Below are positions 14,924 through 28,371 of a stretch of DNA of 64,000 bases, piece after piece. Under the pieces are notes generated by a model. It saw nothing but the letters and a program-made list of their open reading frames with translations. It was not told the DNA's origin and made no database searches. Position 1 is the first letter of the stretch. Each line of letters begins with the position of its first letter. Source of the DNA: an uncultured Gemmatimonadales bacterium (GTDB taxonomy: Bacteria > Gemmatimonadota > Gemmatimonadetes > Gemmatimonadales > GWC2-71-9); the NCBI GenBank assembly GCA_963723565.1, contig CAVRRH010000007.1:92329-156328 (forward strand), in the 5' to 3' direction. The position numbers were made by a program, and so were the translations under genes.

Positions 14924-16226
14924 GGCCGATCCCGTGATACTCGAAGCCGAGCGCGGCCATCCGCTCGGGATCGTAGAGGTTGCGGCCGTCGATCAGGAGA
15001 GGACGCCGGACCAGCTTGCGGACCCGCTCGAAGTCGGGATTGCGATAGACCAGCCACTCGGTCATGACGAAGCAGCGCGTCGGCCCCGTGGGCCGCGCTG
15101 TAGGGGTCGGCGGCGTACATCACCCGGTCGCCAAAGATCATGCCGGGCGGAGTCGGTGGCCTTGGGATCGTGGGTTTGCACCCGGGCGCCGGCCGCGAGC
15201 AGCCCTTCGATCAGCGGAATGGTCGGGCTCTCGCGCATGTCGTCGGTCTCGGCCTTGAAGGCGAGACCCCAGAGGCCCGACGATCTTGCCGTTGAGGTCC
15301 TGCCCCAGATAGCGCAACGTCTTCTGAAGCACGACGCTGCTTCTGGCATTCGTTGACTTCCTCGACCGCCTTCAGGACATCGAGCGAGAGACCGAGGTCG
15401 TCCGACGTGCGGATCAGCGCCTTCACGTCCTTGGGAAAGCAGGAGCCGCCGTACCCCGGACCGGGATACAGGAAGGCACGACCGATCCGCTGGTCCGAGC
15501 CGATGCCCAGGCGAACGTTGTTGACGTCGGCGCCGACCAGCTCGCAGAACAGCGCCATCTGGTTCATGAACGAGATCCGGGTGGCCAGCATGGCGTTGGC
15601 CGCGTACTTCGTCACCTCGGCCGAAGCGATGTCCATGAAGAGGATCCGATTGCCGCCCTGCCGGGTGAAGGGCGCGTACAGCTCGCCCATCACCTCCTTG
15701 GCCTCATCGTTGTCCACTCCCATCACGACGCGATCGGGCTTCATGAAGTCTTCGATCGCCGCGCCTTCCTTGAGGAACTCGGGATTGGAGCACACCGCGA
15801 ATGGAACGTTGGTTTCCGCCTTGACCGCGGCGCGTACCTTCTCCGCGGTGCCGACCGGCACGGTGGACTTGGTGACCACGATCTTCGGCTCGTTCATGTT
15901 GCGGCCCACCTGCACGGGCCACCGCCAGCACGTGCTTCAAGTCGGCCGAGCCGTCCTCGCCCGGCGGAGTCCCGACCGCAATGAAGATGACCCGTGAGCT
16001 CTCGAATCGCCGCACCGATGTCGGTGGTAAAGGTGAGCCGTCCTTCCTCCTGGTTCCGTTTCACCATCGGCTCGAGACCGGGCTCGTAGATCGGCATCTC
16101 GTTCCGCTGCAGTCGGGCGATCTTCTCCGCGTCGACATCGACACAGGTCACGTCGTTGCCGGTCTCCGCCAGGCACGCTCCGGCCACCAGGCCGACATAG
16201 CCGCTTCCGATCACCGCCACGTGCAT
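14920..16226 (-). CDS. ugd: UDP-glucose 6-dehydrogenase; frame-broken
   Basis: [101 protein letters not shown]. The pieces lie in 5 ORFs. Confidence 0.88.
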
Positions 16227-16228
16227 GT

Positions 16229-17518
16229 CAGGCCTCTTTCGGTATCGCGTTTCGAGTGTCCACCACCAGCTTGGCGTGCCGCTTGATCATCCGATAGTCC
16301 ACCGGCCGTATGGTCGGTGACGATCATGACGCAGTCGGCGGCGGCGACCACTTCCGGCGTCAGCTCGACCGAGCGGAACTCCTGCCCATCTTCGCGAAAG
16401 CGGGGAACGTGAGGATCGGAATAGCTGACCCGCGCGCCCTGGCCCTTCGAGCAGCCGGATGATGTCGAGCGCCGGGCTCTCGCGGATGTCGTCGATGTTC
16501 CGCTTGTAGGCCACGCCCAGCACCAGCACCGAGGCCCCCTGCACCGCCTTTCCCTGCCCGTTGAGCGCCTCAGACAGCTTGCGGACCCAGAACAGCGGCA
16601 TCTCGGTATTCAGCTCGCCGGCCAGGTCGATGAAGCGGGTCTTGTAGTTGAGGCCCCGCATCTTCCAGGCGAGATAGTGCGGGATCGATCGGAATGCAGT
16701 GGCCGCCCAGCCCGGGGCCGGGCAGGAACTTCATGAAGCCGAACGGCTTGGTCGCCGCGGCCTCGATCACTTCCCAGACGTCGACCCCCAGCTTGTCGCA
16801 GACGATGGCCATCTCGTTCACCAGGCCGATGTTGACGCTCCGGAAGGTGTTCTCCAGCAGCTTGACCAGCTCGGCCGCTTCGGTCGTCGAGACCGGGACC
16901 AGGGTGTCGATGGCCGGCTGGTACAGTGCCACGGCCACTGCGCGGCAGTCGGCGGTGATCCCCCCGACGACCTTGGGCGTGTTGCGGGTCCCGTAGCGTC
17001 GGGTTGCCCGGGTCGACCCGCTCCGGGCTGAAGGCCAGAAAGAAGTCCTGGCCCACCTTGAGCCCGGTGCTTTCGAGAGCGGGCAGCATGATCTCCCGGG
17101 TGGTGCCGGGATAGGTGGTGCTCTCCAGCATGATCGCCTGCCCCCGGCGCAGCCGCTTCTTCACCGCCTCGGTGGCCGCCACGATGAAGCTGACGTCCGG
17201 ATCCTTGAACTTCGAGAGCGGGGTCGGCACGCAGATCGAGATCGCATCGGGCTCCGACAGGCGCGACATATCGGTGGTCGCGCTGAAGCGGCCGGACTCC
17301 ATGGCCTGCTGCAGCTGCGCGTCGGTGACGTCCTTGACGTGCGACCGTCCTGCGTTCAGCCCCTCGACCACATCGGGGTTGACGTCGAATCCGAGGACCC
17401 GATAGCCGGCGCGCGCCAGCTCGACCGCCAGCGGAAGCCCCACGTAGCCCAGGCCGACGATCCCGAAGAGGATCTGCCGGCGTTCGGCCTTGGCGATCAG
17501 GTCCTGGGCGACGCTCAT
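16229..17518 (-). CDS. Nucleotide-sugar dehydrogenase, UDP-GlcNAc/ManNAc 6-dehydrogenase family (WbpA/WecC-like); frame-broken
   Basis: [75 protein letters not shown]. Stop at 16229, just before the ugd ATG. Confidence 0.8.
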
Positions 17519-17528
17519 GCGGCTTGGC

Positions 17529-18649
<1,121 letters not shown>

Positions 18650-18699
18650 CGGAGACCCTGTGTGAGGGGAGAGGACGGAACCTTCGGCGGCCAGAGAAG

Positions 18700-19290
18700 T
18701 TAGCCGCTTGGGCGGGGTGGGTCAATCAGCCGCAGCAGCCCGTCCGCTTCACGGTAGGTGGCTCCGCAGGCGCCGCAGGCGGCCCGCCCCTCGCGGGGCT
18801 GGAGCCGGACCCCGCACTGGCACATCCAGCCCACCCGGCGAGCCGGCACGCCGACCATAAGGGCAAACGGCGGCACGTCGCTCCGAACCACAGCGCCCGC
18901 GCCGATGAAGCTGTACTCACCCAGGGTGACTCCGCAGAGAATCGTGGCGTTGGCCCCAATGGAGGTTCCCCGGCGAACCAGGGTGCGCTGGTACTCCGAC
19001 TTCCGGGAGACATGGCTCCGCGGATTGACCACATTGGTGAAGACGCAGCTGGGTCCGCAGAAGACATCGTCCTCCAGCACGACTCCTTCGTAGATGGACA
19101 CGTTGTTCTGCACTTTCACGTTGTTACCCAGGCGCGCGCCCGGCATGACCACGACATTCTGGCCCAGATTGCAGCGCTCACCGATGACGGCTCCCGGCAT
19201 GACATGGCAGAAATGCCAGATCTTGGTGCCGCTGCCGATCACGGCGCCCTCATCAACGTAGGAGGATTCGTGAACGAAGTAGTCGGGCAT
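18700..19290 (-). CDS. Hexapeptide-repeat N-acetyltransferase (WbpD-like)
   Basis: Intact 196 aa ORF with left-handed beta-helix repeats and an RBS (caggagaacATG). The C-terminal CxxC...CxxC tail is CQCGVRL...CGACG. Confidence 0.75.
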   Translation of the reverse strand: MPDYFVHESSYVDEGAVIGSGTKIWHFCHVMPGAVIGERCNLGQNVVVMPGARLGNNVKVQNNVSIYEGVVLEDDVFCGPSCVFTNVVNPRSHVSRKSEYQRTLVRRGTSIGANATILCGVTLGEYSFIGAGAVVRSDVPPFALMVGVPARRVGWMCQCGVRLQPREGRAACGACGATYREADGLLRLIDPPRPSG

Positions 19291-19343
19291 GTTCTCCTGA
19301 AAAGCGTCAGCGGTGAGCGGTTAGCGGGTGGGGATGGGCCCGC

Positions 19344-20354
19344 TCACCTCTTACCCCTCATTGTGTTAAGGTACTCGCCCCGGCTCCCGATCAGCTTTAC
19401 TTCAGGCTCGAGGTTCACCCCGAATCGCTCCGGACCGCCCGCTGCACGTGCTCGATCAGCTTTCTCACATCCGATGCTGTGGCACTGCCGGTGTTCACGA
19501 AGTAGTTCGCGTGCATGGGTGAGACCTGGGCCCCACCAATGCTGAAGCCTTTGAGTCCGGCGGCCTCGATGAGCTGACCCGCGGTGCGGGGGCCGTCCGT
19601 CTTGTTTCCAGCTCGGACCCGCCGGGTTTTTGAATACGCTGCCGCAGCATGGCTGGTTGAACGGCGTGCCCCGCTGCCGCCATTCGAACATCTCGGCGAT
19701 CGCCTCGTCCAGCTGCGCCTGATCTTGCTCATGCAGACGCACGGTCGCTTCCAGCACGATCCGGCCTTCGAGCCCGCTGCGCCGGTAGGTGAACGGGATC
19801 TCCGCCCGGGCGAGCACCGTATCCTTCCCGGCCGCGTCGACAACCGTCACCCGCTCAACCATCTCCGACCAGTCCCCGCCGTGGCACCCCGCATTCATGT
19901 AGACCCCCCCACCCACGGTGCCGGGCACCCCCACGAAGATGTGCAGACCAGCGAAGCCGGCCTCCGCGGTGCGTCGGGCGGCGATCGGGGCTGGTAGTCC
20001 TGCCCCCACAGTCCAGTCGTCGCCGTTCCGCTCCAGGCGGTCGAGGCCTTTCCCCAACCGGATGACCAGGGCGTCCAGCCCTTCGTCCGGCAGCAGGAGG
20101 TTGGAGCCGAGTCCGATGGCAAACCACGGCACACCCGCTTCTCGGGCCAGCGTCAATGCGGCTCCGACATCCTCCGCAGTCGCCGGCAGGAGAACGGTTG
20201 CCGGGCCGCCGATCCGATAGGTCGAGTATCGCCCCACCGGTTCGGACTCACGAACCTTGCCGTGCACCCGTCCGCGAAGAGCCTGGATGAAGCTCGGATC
20301 CCGAGCGGTCAACCCGTCCACTCCGGCGACATCTCTCGGGCAAGCGCGTGCCAC
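19344..20354 (-). CDS. murB: UDP-N-acetylenolpyruvoylglucosamine reductase; two frame breaks near the 3' end; start uncertain
   Basis: [76 protein letters not shown] lies in ORF 19415..19843. The annotated ATG at 20354 overlaps the carB end, so a later GTG start is possible. Confidence 0.85.
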   Translation of the reverse strand: MARACPRDVAGVDGLTARDPSFIQALRGRVHGKVRESEPVGRYSTYRIGGPATVLLPATAEDVGAALTLAREAGVPWFAIGLGSNLLLPDEGLDALVIRLGKGLDRLERNGDDWTVGAGLPAPIAARRTAEAGFAGLHIFVGVPGTVGGGVYMNAGCHGGDWSEMVERVTVVDAAGKDTVLARAEIPFTYRRSGLEGRIVLEATVRLHEQDQAQLDEAIAEMFEWRQRGTPFNQPCCGSVFKNPAGPSWKQDGRPPHRGSAHRGRRTQRLQHWWGPGLTHARELLREHRQCHSIGCEKADRARAAGGPERFGVNLEPEVKLIGSRGEYLNTMRGKR

Positions 20355-23300
20355 TCCTGCAGTGCCCGCACATCGCCGGTCCGGCTCCGGAGCGCGATGA
20401 TAGCGTCGCAGGCCGCCGAGGCCGCCGACAGTGTCGTGGTGTACGGAACCCGATGCTGCAGTGCCGCCTGGCGGATCGCGTAATCGTCCTGCTGGGTCAG
20501 CTTTCCGAGGGGGGTGTTGATCAGCAGCTGGATTTGCCCCGAGACCAGCAGATCGATGGCGTTGGGACGACCCTCGTGCACCTTGAGTACTCGCTCGGTC
20601 GGAATGCCGCGCGCCCTGAGGTACCGGGCGGTGCCTTCGGTAGCCAGCATCCGGAAACCGAGCGCGTGAAACCGCCGCGCAATCGGAACCAGATTGGCCT
20701 TGTCGTGGTCGTTCACGGTGACGAACACCGAGCCTTCGAGCGGCAGGGCTCCATCAGCCGAGATCTGCGCCTTTGCGAAGGCCATTCCGAACGAGTCGGC
20801 GATTCCCATGACCTCGCCGGTCGAGCGCATTTCCGGCCCAAGGATGAGATCGACACCCTGCAGCTTGCTGAAGGGAAACACCGCCTCCTTGACCGCGACA
20901 TAGGGCTGGAGCACGTCGTCATGCAAGCCGAGATCCTCGAGAGTCTTGCCGACCATTACCGCGGCCGCCAGGCTGGCCAGCGGTACTCCGGTAGTCTTGG
21001 AGACGAACGGCACCGTCCGGGACGCGCGGGGATTGACCTCGAGCACGTAGACCACCCCGTTCTTGATGGCGTACTGCACGTTGAGTAGGCCTACCACCCC
21101 GAGGCGCTCGGCGAAGGCCCGGGTGTGTCGCCGCATCTCCTCCACCTGGTCTTCGGTGATCAGATACGGAGGCAGGACACAGGCCGAGTCGCCGGAGTGG
21201 ATGCCGGCATCTTCGATATGCTGCATCACCCCGCCGATCACGCACCGGGTGCCCATCGGCAATGGCGTCGACGTCCGCCTCGAAGGCGTCCTCCAGAAAA
21301 CTGTCGATGAGTACGGGATGTTCCGGCGACACTCTGGCCGCACGCTCGAAGTAGTTGCGCAGCGAGCTGTCGTCGTAGACGATCTCCATGGCTCGGCCCC
21401 CCAGTACGTATGAGGGACGAACCAGCACCGGGTACCCGACGCGGGCGGCCACGGCCACCGCCTCCTCGACCGACTGGGCGACCCCGCTGGCAGGCTGCGC
21501 CACACCGAGCTCCCGGGTGATCGCCTCGAACTTGCCGCGGTCTTCCGCCAGATCGATCGCCTCGGAAGAGGTGCCCAGGATGCGCACTCCCTCGCGCTCG
21601 AGGGCCCGGGCCAGGCGCAACGGTGTCTGACCGCCGAGCTGCACCACCACGCCGATCGGCTGTTCCACCGCGACTACCTCGAGCACGTCCTCCAGGGTGA
21701 GGGGCTCGAAATAGAGGGCGTCGGAGATATCGAAATCGGTGGATACGGTCTCCGGATTGGAGTTTACCATCACGGTGCGGTAACCCAGCTCCCGAAAAGC
21801 CATGGCGGCCCGTACACAGCAGTAGTCGAACTCGACCCCTTGGCCGATCCGGTTGGGACCGCTTCCCAGGATCAGCACGGTCTGCTCGCCGCTCGGCCGA
21901 GCCTCGTTCTCCTCGTCGTAGGAGGAGTAGAGGTACGGCGTAGAGGAGGGAAACTCGCCGGCGCAGGTGTCCACAGTCTTATAGGCCGGGCGAATCCCGA
22001 GCCGGTGGCGCTCGGCTCGAATGCTCCCCTCGGTGGTGCCGCGGAGATCGGCCAGCTGGCGGTCGGAGAAGCCGAGCCGTTTCATCCTGAGAAGCTGGTC
22101 CTTGGCTTCATCGGGCGAGGCACCCCTCCCCCCAGCACTGCCCCGCTGCCCCGCTGCCCCGCTGCCCTGCCATTCCTTCTCGGCCTCCAAGAGCTCCTCG
22201 AGCTGATACAGGAACCAGGGATCGATTCTGGTACGGTCGGCTATGGCCTCTACGGAGATGCCGAGCTGGAGCGCGTGCTTGATCTGGAAAATCCGCTCCG
22301 GTGTCGGGGTCCTGACCGCCGCGAGGACTGCTTCCCGGCTGGTGTCCTGAAGCCTGTCGTCACCGGGAGTGGCGCCAGTCACCCACCCCGCCCGATCCAC
22401 CTCCAGCCCTCGAAGACCCTTCTGGAAGGCCTCCTTGAAGGTGCGTCCGATGGCCATCACCTCGCCGACCGACTTCATCTGGGTGGTCAGCGTCGGATCG
22501 GCCGCCGGAAATTTCTCGAATGCGAAACGAGGAATCTTCACCACCACGTAGTCGAGCACCGGCTCGAACGAAGCGGGCGTGGTCTTGGTGATGTCGTTGG
22601 GGAGCTCGTCCAGACGGTAACCCACCGCCACTTTGGTACCGATGCGGGCGATGGGGAAGCCGGTGGCCTTGGACGCGAGGGCCGACGAACGGGAGACTCG
22701 CGGGTTCATCTCGATGACCAGCTGTTCGCCGGTGGTCGGGCTTACCGCGAACTGGATGTTGCAGCCGCCGGCGGTGACCCCGATCTCCCGGATGATGCGG
22801 ATGGCGGCATCCCGCATGACCTGGTACTCGCGGTCCGTCAGTGTCATGGCCGGAGCCACGGTAATCGAATCGCCGGTGTGCACGCCCATGGGGTCGAGAT
22901 TCTCGATCGAGCAGACGATCACCACGTTGTCGGCGCCGTCCCGCATGACTTCGAGCTCGAACTCCTTCCAGCCGATAATGCTCTGCTCGACCAGCACCGA
23001 TCCCACCGGCGAAAGGTCGAGCCCCCGCCGGACGAGGGTCTCGAACTCCTCCCGATTGTAAGCGATGCCGCCGCCCGAGCCCCCCAGGGTGAAGGACGGG
23101 CGCAGGATAGCAGGATATCCGGTGGACTCGACCGCCTCGAGCGCCTCTTCCAGGCTCTTGGCTGTGCGGCCTTCCGGAGTGGCGAGTCCGATGCGCCGCA
23201 TGGCCTGGGCGAACTCCTCCCGATCCTCCGCCAGACGGATGGCTCGCTCGTTGGCGCCGATCAGCTCCACCCCGAATCGCGCCAGTGTTCCGTCGCGCTG

Positions 23301-23606
23301 GAGCGCCATGGCCACGTTGAGCGCGGTCTGACCGCCCATGGTGGGCAGTAGCGCCTGTGGTCGCTCACGCTCGATCACCTTGGCTACCCACTCGGGCGTG
23401 ACCGGCTCGATGTAGGTTCGGTCGGCCAGCTCGGGATCGGTCATGATCGTGGCCGGATTCGAGTTGACCAGAACCACCCGGTAACCCTCCTCCTTCAGCG
23501 CCTTCACAGCCTGGGTTCCGGAGTAGTCGAATTCGGCGCCCTGCCCGATCACGATCGGTCCGGAGCCGATGAGCAGAATGGTCGACAGATCGGTACGCTT
23601 AGGCAT
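20309..23606 (-). CDS. carB: Carbamoyl-phosphate synthase large subunit; one frame break at the C run 21251..21253
   Basis: [33 protein letters not shown], two ATP-grasp halves and an MGS-like C-terminus. DAIADG / [22 protein letters not shown] rejoin if one base of GGG is skipped. Confidence 0.95.
22138..22171. repeat. Tandem octamer CTGCCCCG, 3 perfect copies plus 1 degenerate, inside the carB inter-domain linker
   Basis: Read directly: ctgccccg ctgccccg ctgccccg ctgccctgcc. It encodes [12 protein letters not shown]. The minus strand is GGGN5-type G-run rich. Confidence 0.85.
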
Positions 23607-24544
23607 CCACCATTTCCCGAAGGGTCTGCTCGAGAGTAAAACGCGGCGACCAGCTGGTCGCTCGTCGAAGTTTGCTGGCGTCGCCGACAAGATACTGAAT
23701 GTCGCCCGACCTCATCAGCGAAGGATCGAGTACCGGCCGCACCTTGGCGCCGACCAGATTTGCCAGCCGGCTGAACAGCTCCCTGAGGGTCACGCCCTCT
23801 CCGCGGGCGATGTTGTACGCCTCCCCAGGCGAGCCCTGCGTGAGCAGCGCGATGTAGGCGGCTGCGACATCGCGGACATCGAGCAGGTCGCGCACCGGAT
23901 CGAGACTGCCGGTGCGCACCTCGGCTGCGCCGGCGGCCTGGGCGGCGCGGAGCCGTTGGAGAAAGCCCGGCACCACATAGACTGGCAACTGCCCGGGACC
24001 GGTATGGGGAAACGCACGCGCGATCACAACCCGGAGTCCTGTGCGACGCCACGCCTCGAGCGCCGCAACTTCCGCCCCCACCTTGCTGGCCGCATACGGA
24101 GACTGGGGCAACAGTGGGTCGGTCTCGACTCGAGGCGCGGTCGGGCCGTCGCCGTAGACCTCGGCGCTGGAGACCACCAGCACCAGCGGATCCACTCCGG
24201 TGTGGGCCCGGAGTGCGACGGCTGCATCGACCAGCCGGGCGGTTCCAGCCGCATTGACGACCCAGGCCCGCCCCGGGTCCTGGCGTGCCTCGCTGCCGGA
24301 AGCCACCGCCGCGAGGTGGATCATTGCCTCGAATGGACGACTGAGCGCCGCGGAGACTGATGCAGCGTCGGTGACCTCGAGCGGAACGGCCGTCACCGCC
24401 TCCCGTGTCCGCTGCCGCAGCCAGCGCTCTGGCGGTTCTCCACCCGGCCGGCAGCCGGCCGACACCTCGTGACCCGACTCCACCAGCCGCTCCACCAGGT
24501 GCCGGCCGACAAACCCGTCGGCGCCGGTCACTAAGTACTCTCAT
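23599..24544 (-). CDS. GDP-4-dehydro-6-deoxy-D-mannose reductase-like SDR (Rmd/Fcl family); one frame break after codon 4
   Basis: 310 aa ORF with [10 protein letters not shown] Rossmann motif and SPYAASK. Skipping the T at 24532 gives [16 protein letters not shown] from the ATG at 24544. It lies directly downstream of gmd. Confidence 0.7.
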
Positions 24545-24557
24545 GAGGGCAGGGCCC

Positions 24558-25547
<990 letters not shown>

Positions 25548-25614
25548 TCATGGGGCCAGGCTCGCTACGTTTAGGGGCTTTCCGCGTTACGAACATGAGA
25601 TAAGGGTGGAGCTT

Positions 25615-25806
25615 ATGGCACGGGTGTGCGCCCTCTGCGCCAAGGGGCCTGTTACCGGGAACAACGTCAGCCACGCGAACAACCGAAGCAAGCGGCGCTG
25701 GTACCCGAACCTGCAGACTGTGCGCGTGCTCGTCGAGGGCGCGCCGAAGCGGATCCGGGTTTGCACGCAATGCCTGAAGAGTAACCGGATCAAGAAGGCC
25801 AGCTGA
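25615..25806 (+). CDS. rpmB: 50S ribosomal protein L28
   Basis: [34 protein letters not shown]..., 63 aa, starting at an internal ATG of ORF 25495..25806. Confidence 0.9.
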   Translation: MARVCALCAKGPVTGNNVSHANNRSKRRWYPNLQTVRVLVEGAPKRIRVCTQCLKSNRIKKAS

Positions 25807-25812
25807 ACGTAG

Positions 25813-25832
25813 GCCCGCAACGCGTTGCGGGC
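25813..25832. repeat. Perfect 20-nt palindrome GCCCGCAACGCGTTGCGGGC (copy 1)
   Basis: Read directly. An identical copy lies at 25895..25914. Confidence 0.9.
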
Positions 25833-25846
25833 GTACGCTGAAAAAA

Positions 25847-25872
25847 GGGGACCCGAAGGTCCCCATTGTTTT
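25847..25872. terminator. Bidirectional rho-independent terminator between convergent rpmB and rplQ
   Basis: The sequence aaaaaaGGGGACCcgaaGGTCCCCattgtttt has a 7-bp GC stem with a U-tract on the plus strand and a T6 run on the minus strand. Confidence 0.75.
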
Positions 25873-25894
25873 ACCTGCCTGCGAACCCCTGTGG

Positions 25895-25914
25895 GCCCGC
25901 AACGCGTTGCGGGC
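25895..25914. repeat. Perfect 20-nt palindrome GCCCGCAACGCGTTGCGGGC (copy 2), abutting the rplQ stop
   Basis: Read directly. Confidence 0.9.
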
Positions 25915-26271
25915 CTACTCGGCAAGAAGCTCGATCCGCGCGACATCGGCACCATCGCCCACCCGGTGCCCCATCTTGAGAATGCGGGTGTATCCACCCG
26001 GACGGGCCGCGAAACGAGGACCAATCTCGGAGAACAGCCGACCGAGGATCTCACGATCCTTGATCCGGCGTCCTACCAGCCGGCGGGAGTGCAGATCGCC
26101 GCGGCGAGCCATGGTGATGAGCTTCTCGGCGAACGGCCGCAGCTCTTTCGCCTTGGCCTCGGTCGTGATGACCCGGCCGTGGGCGAAGAGGCTCGTAGCC
26201 ATGTTGTTCAGCATCGCCCGCTTATGACTCGACGTACGGGAGAGCTGGCGACCCTTGGCCCGGTGCCGCAT
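25915..26271 (-). CDS. rplQ: 50S ribosomal protein L17
   Basis: MRHRAKGRQLSRTSSHKRAMLNNMATSLF..., 118 aa. Confidence 0.95.
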   Translation of the reverse strand: MRHRAKGRQLSRTSSHKRAMLNNMATSLFAHGRVITTEAKAKELRPFAEKLITMARRGDLHSRRLVGRRIKDREILGRLFSEIGPRFAARPGGYTRILKMGHRVGDGADVARIELLAE

Positions 26272-27335
26272 TAAAGCGCCTCTCCCGCCCCGGTAGAGGG
26301 CTGCACCACCGGAGCAACTCCCGGCCGCACAATCCGCAGCTCCAGGTCGATCTCCTCGAAGCCCATACCGAAGTTGAGCCCCTCGCGCTGCAGCAGCTCC
26401 GCAATTTCACTCAGCGCCTTCTCGCCCACGTTCTTGACCTTGAGAAGGTCGTCCTCGGAGAACTCCACCAGGTCCTTGAGGGTCCGGATGTTCGAGTTCT
26501 TGAGTGAGTTGAGTGAGCGCACTGACAAGCCGAAGTCGTCGATCGGGCGGCTCAGCCGCTGGCGCAGGTTACTGCCGGCACCGCCACCCGCGGTGGCTCC
26601 GGCATCGCGCATGGTCGGCACCTTGCCGAAATCCACGAAGTACTGGAAGTGCACCTGGGCCAGGGCGGCGGCGTAGGCGATGGCGTCTTCCGGCGTGATC
26701 GTGCCGTTGGTCTCGACCGACACGGTGAGCCGGTCGTAGTCGGTGCGCTGTCCAACTCGGGTTTCCGCCACCGTGAAGTTGGCCCGCCGGACCGGATTGT
26801 AGATGGCGTCGATGCGAACCAGATCGATCGGTAGCGACCGGTCGGCCGGGTGCATCTCGGCTTCCACGTACCCTCGACCTTTGTTGACGTAGAGCTCCAT
26901 GGTCACGTCGCGGTCGTCCTGCAGCGTGAACAGGAGATGATCGGGATTCTTGACCGACACGGAGCCATGCTCCTGGATGTCGCGCGCATGGACCGGTCCT
27001 GCGCCCTCGCGGCGGATGTGCAGCACCGCGTCGTCAACGTCCTCGGCCAGCACCAGGGTCAGCGCCTTGAGACGCTGCACGATCTGATGCACGTCCTCCA
27101 GTACGCCCTGCACGGTCTGATGCTCGTGCACCACCCCGTCGAGCCGGAACCCCCACACCGCGCTCCCGCGGAGCGACGAAAGGAGAAGACGGCGCAGCGA
27201 GTTGCCCAAGGTGTAGCCGAAGCCCCGCTCCAGCGGCTGGAGGCGGAACTCGGCGGCATTCGGATTGTCGTCCCGCTTCGTCATCTCGACGAGATGCGGA
27301 CGAACCAGGCCAGTCAGGTCAATGGTCATGGTCAC
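26271..27335 (-). CDS. rpoA: DNA-directed RNA polymerase subunit alpha
   Basis: Intact 354 aa ORF with an N-terminal dimerisation domain and a C-terminal domain (LSVRSLNSLKNSNIRTLKDLV). Confidence 0.96.
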   Translation of the reverse strand: MTMTIDLTGLVRPHLVEMTKRDDNPNAAEFRLQPLERGFGYTLGNSLRRLLLSSLRGSAVWGFRLDGVVHEHQTVQGVLEDVHQIVQRLKALTLVLAEDVDDAVLHIRREGAGPVHARDIQEHGSVSVKNPDHLLFTLQDDRDVTMELYVNKGRGYVEAEMHPADRSLPIDLVRIDAIYNPVRRANFTVAETRVGQRTDYDRLTVSVETNGTITPEDAIAYAAALAQVHFQYFVDFGKVPTMRDAGATAGGGAGSNLRQRLSRPIDDFGLSVRSLNSLKNSNIRTLKDLVEFSEDDLLKVKNVGEKALSEIAELLQREGLNFGMGFEEIDLELRIVRPGVAPVVQPSTGAGEAL

Positions 27336-27967
27336 TTCGAGTAGAGCTCGACGATGAGCTGTTCTTGTGCGTTGATCGGGATCGTTTCCCGGGTAGGCCG
27401 CTCCAGCAGCCGGCCCGTTGCCTTCTCGTTATCTACGGAGAGCCACGACACCGGCTGGCCCCGAGCGGCGCTCTCCTGCGCCAGCTTGACCGCCACCAGC
27501 TCGCGGCTGCCCGACGCCATCCGGACCTCTTCGCCCTTGGTCACCCGGTAGGAGGCGACATCCACCCGGCCGCCGTTGACTTCGACGTGCCCGTGGCTGA
27601 TCAGCTGGCGTGCCGCCTTGCGGCTGGAGGCGAAGCCGAGGCGATACACGATGTTGTCGAGCCGGGTCTCGAGGGCCACCAGGAGATTGGTGCCCTTCAC
27701 GCCTGGCTCACCGGTGACGCGCTCGAAGGTGTTGCGGAACTGCTGCTCGGAGAGCCCGTACATCCGCTTGACCTTCTGCTTCTCGCGCATCTGCTTGGCG
27801 TACTCGGACGTCTTACGCGGGCGGCCGCCGCTCTGGCCATGCTGGCCCGGCGGATAGGCGCGGCGCTCGACCGGGCACTTTTCGGTCAGACACTTGGTGC
27901 CCTTGAGAAACAGCTTGGTCCCCTCGCGGCGGCACAGCCGGCAGCTCGGTCCCACGTATCGGCTCAT
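27332..27967 (-). CDS. rpsD: 30S ribosomal protein S4
   Basis: MSRYVGPSCRLCRREGTKLFLKGTKC... starts at an internal ATG of ORF 27332..28231. Confidence 0.94.
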   Translation of the reverse strand: MSRYVGPSCRLCRREGTKLFLKGTKCLTEKCPVERRAYPPGQHGQSGGRPRKTSEYAKQMREKQKVKRMYGLSEQQFRNTFERVTGEPGVKGTNLLVALETRLDNIVYRLGFASSRKAARQLISHGHVEVNGGRVDVASYRVTKGEEVRMASGSRELVAVKLAQESAARGQPVSWLSVDNEKATGRLLERPTRETIPINAQEQLIVELYSK

Positions 27968-27969
27968 GG

Positions 27970-28371
27970 TTAGACCCGCCGCTTCTTCGGCGGACGGCAG
28001 CCGTTGTGCGGAATTGGAGTGACGTCGCGAATAGAGACTACCCTGAGCCCCACCGATGCGAGGGCCTGAATGGCGGACTCGCGACCGCTCCCAGGACCTT
28101 GCACCCGCACGTGCACTCGGCGGACACCCAGGTTCATGGCTTCGCGCCCGCAGTTCTCCGCCGCCACGGTGGCCGCGAATGGGGTCGACTTCTTGGAGCC
28201 TTTGAATCCGGCCTTGCCGGCCGACCCCCACGCCAGGGTGTTGCCCCGCAGGTCGGTGATGGTGATGAGCAGGTTGTTGAACGTAGCCGAGATGTGGGCG
28301 ATGCCCTCGGACTCGACGACTTTCTTCGATTTCTTGACGCTGGGCGCCTTCGCCGGAGCGGGAGCAGTCAT
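27970..28371 (-). CDS. rpsK: 30S ribosomal protein S11
   Basis: 133 aa ORF: [17 protein letters not shown]...[16 protein letters not shown]. Confidence 0.95.
   Translation of the reverse strand: MTAPAPAKAPSVKKSKKVVESEGIAHISATFNNLLITITDLRGNTLAWGSAGKAGFKGSKKSTPFAATVAAENCGREAMNLGVRRVHVRVQGPGSGRESAIQALASVGLRVVSIRDVTPIPHNGCRPPKKRRV

Noticed and set aside
19312-19348. Hairpin GGTGAGCGG-19 nt-CCGCTCACC overlapping the murB stop as an intrinsic terminator
   Set aside because: The loop is large (19 nt) and the downstream U-tract is weak (CUUUU). The next gene (wbpD-like) follows within 54 nt with its own RBS. The evidence is insufficient to call a terminator.
21840-23351. Long plus-strand ORFs antisense to real genes (also 6122..7444, 35100..36212, 42451..43878, 49072..50226, 55109..56299, 57383..58585 and many others)
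   Set aside because: These are typical high-GC shadow ORFs. Their Arg/Gly/Pro/Ala-rich translations have no motifs, and each lies opposite a gene with strong homology-type motifs.
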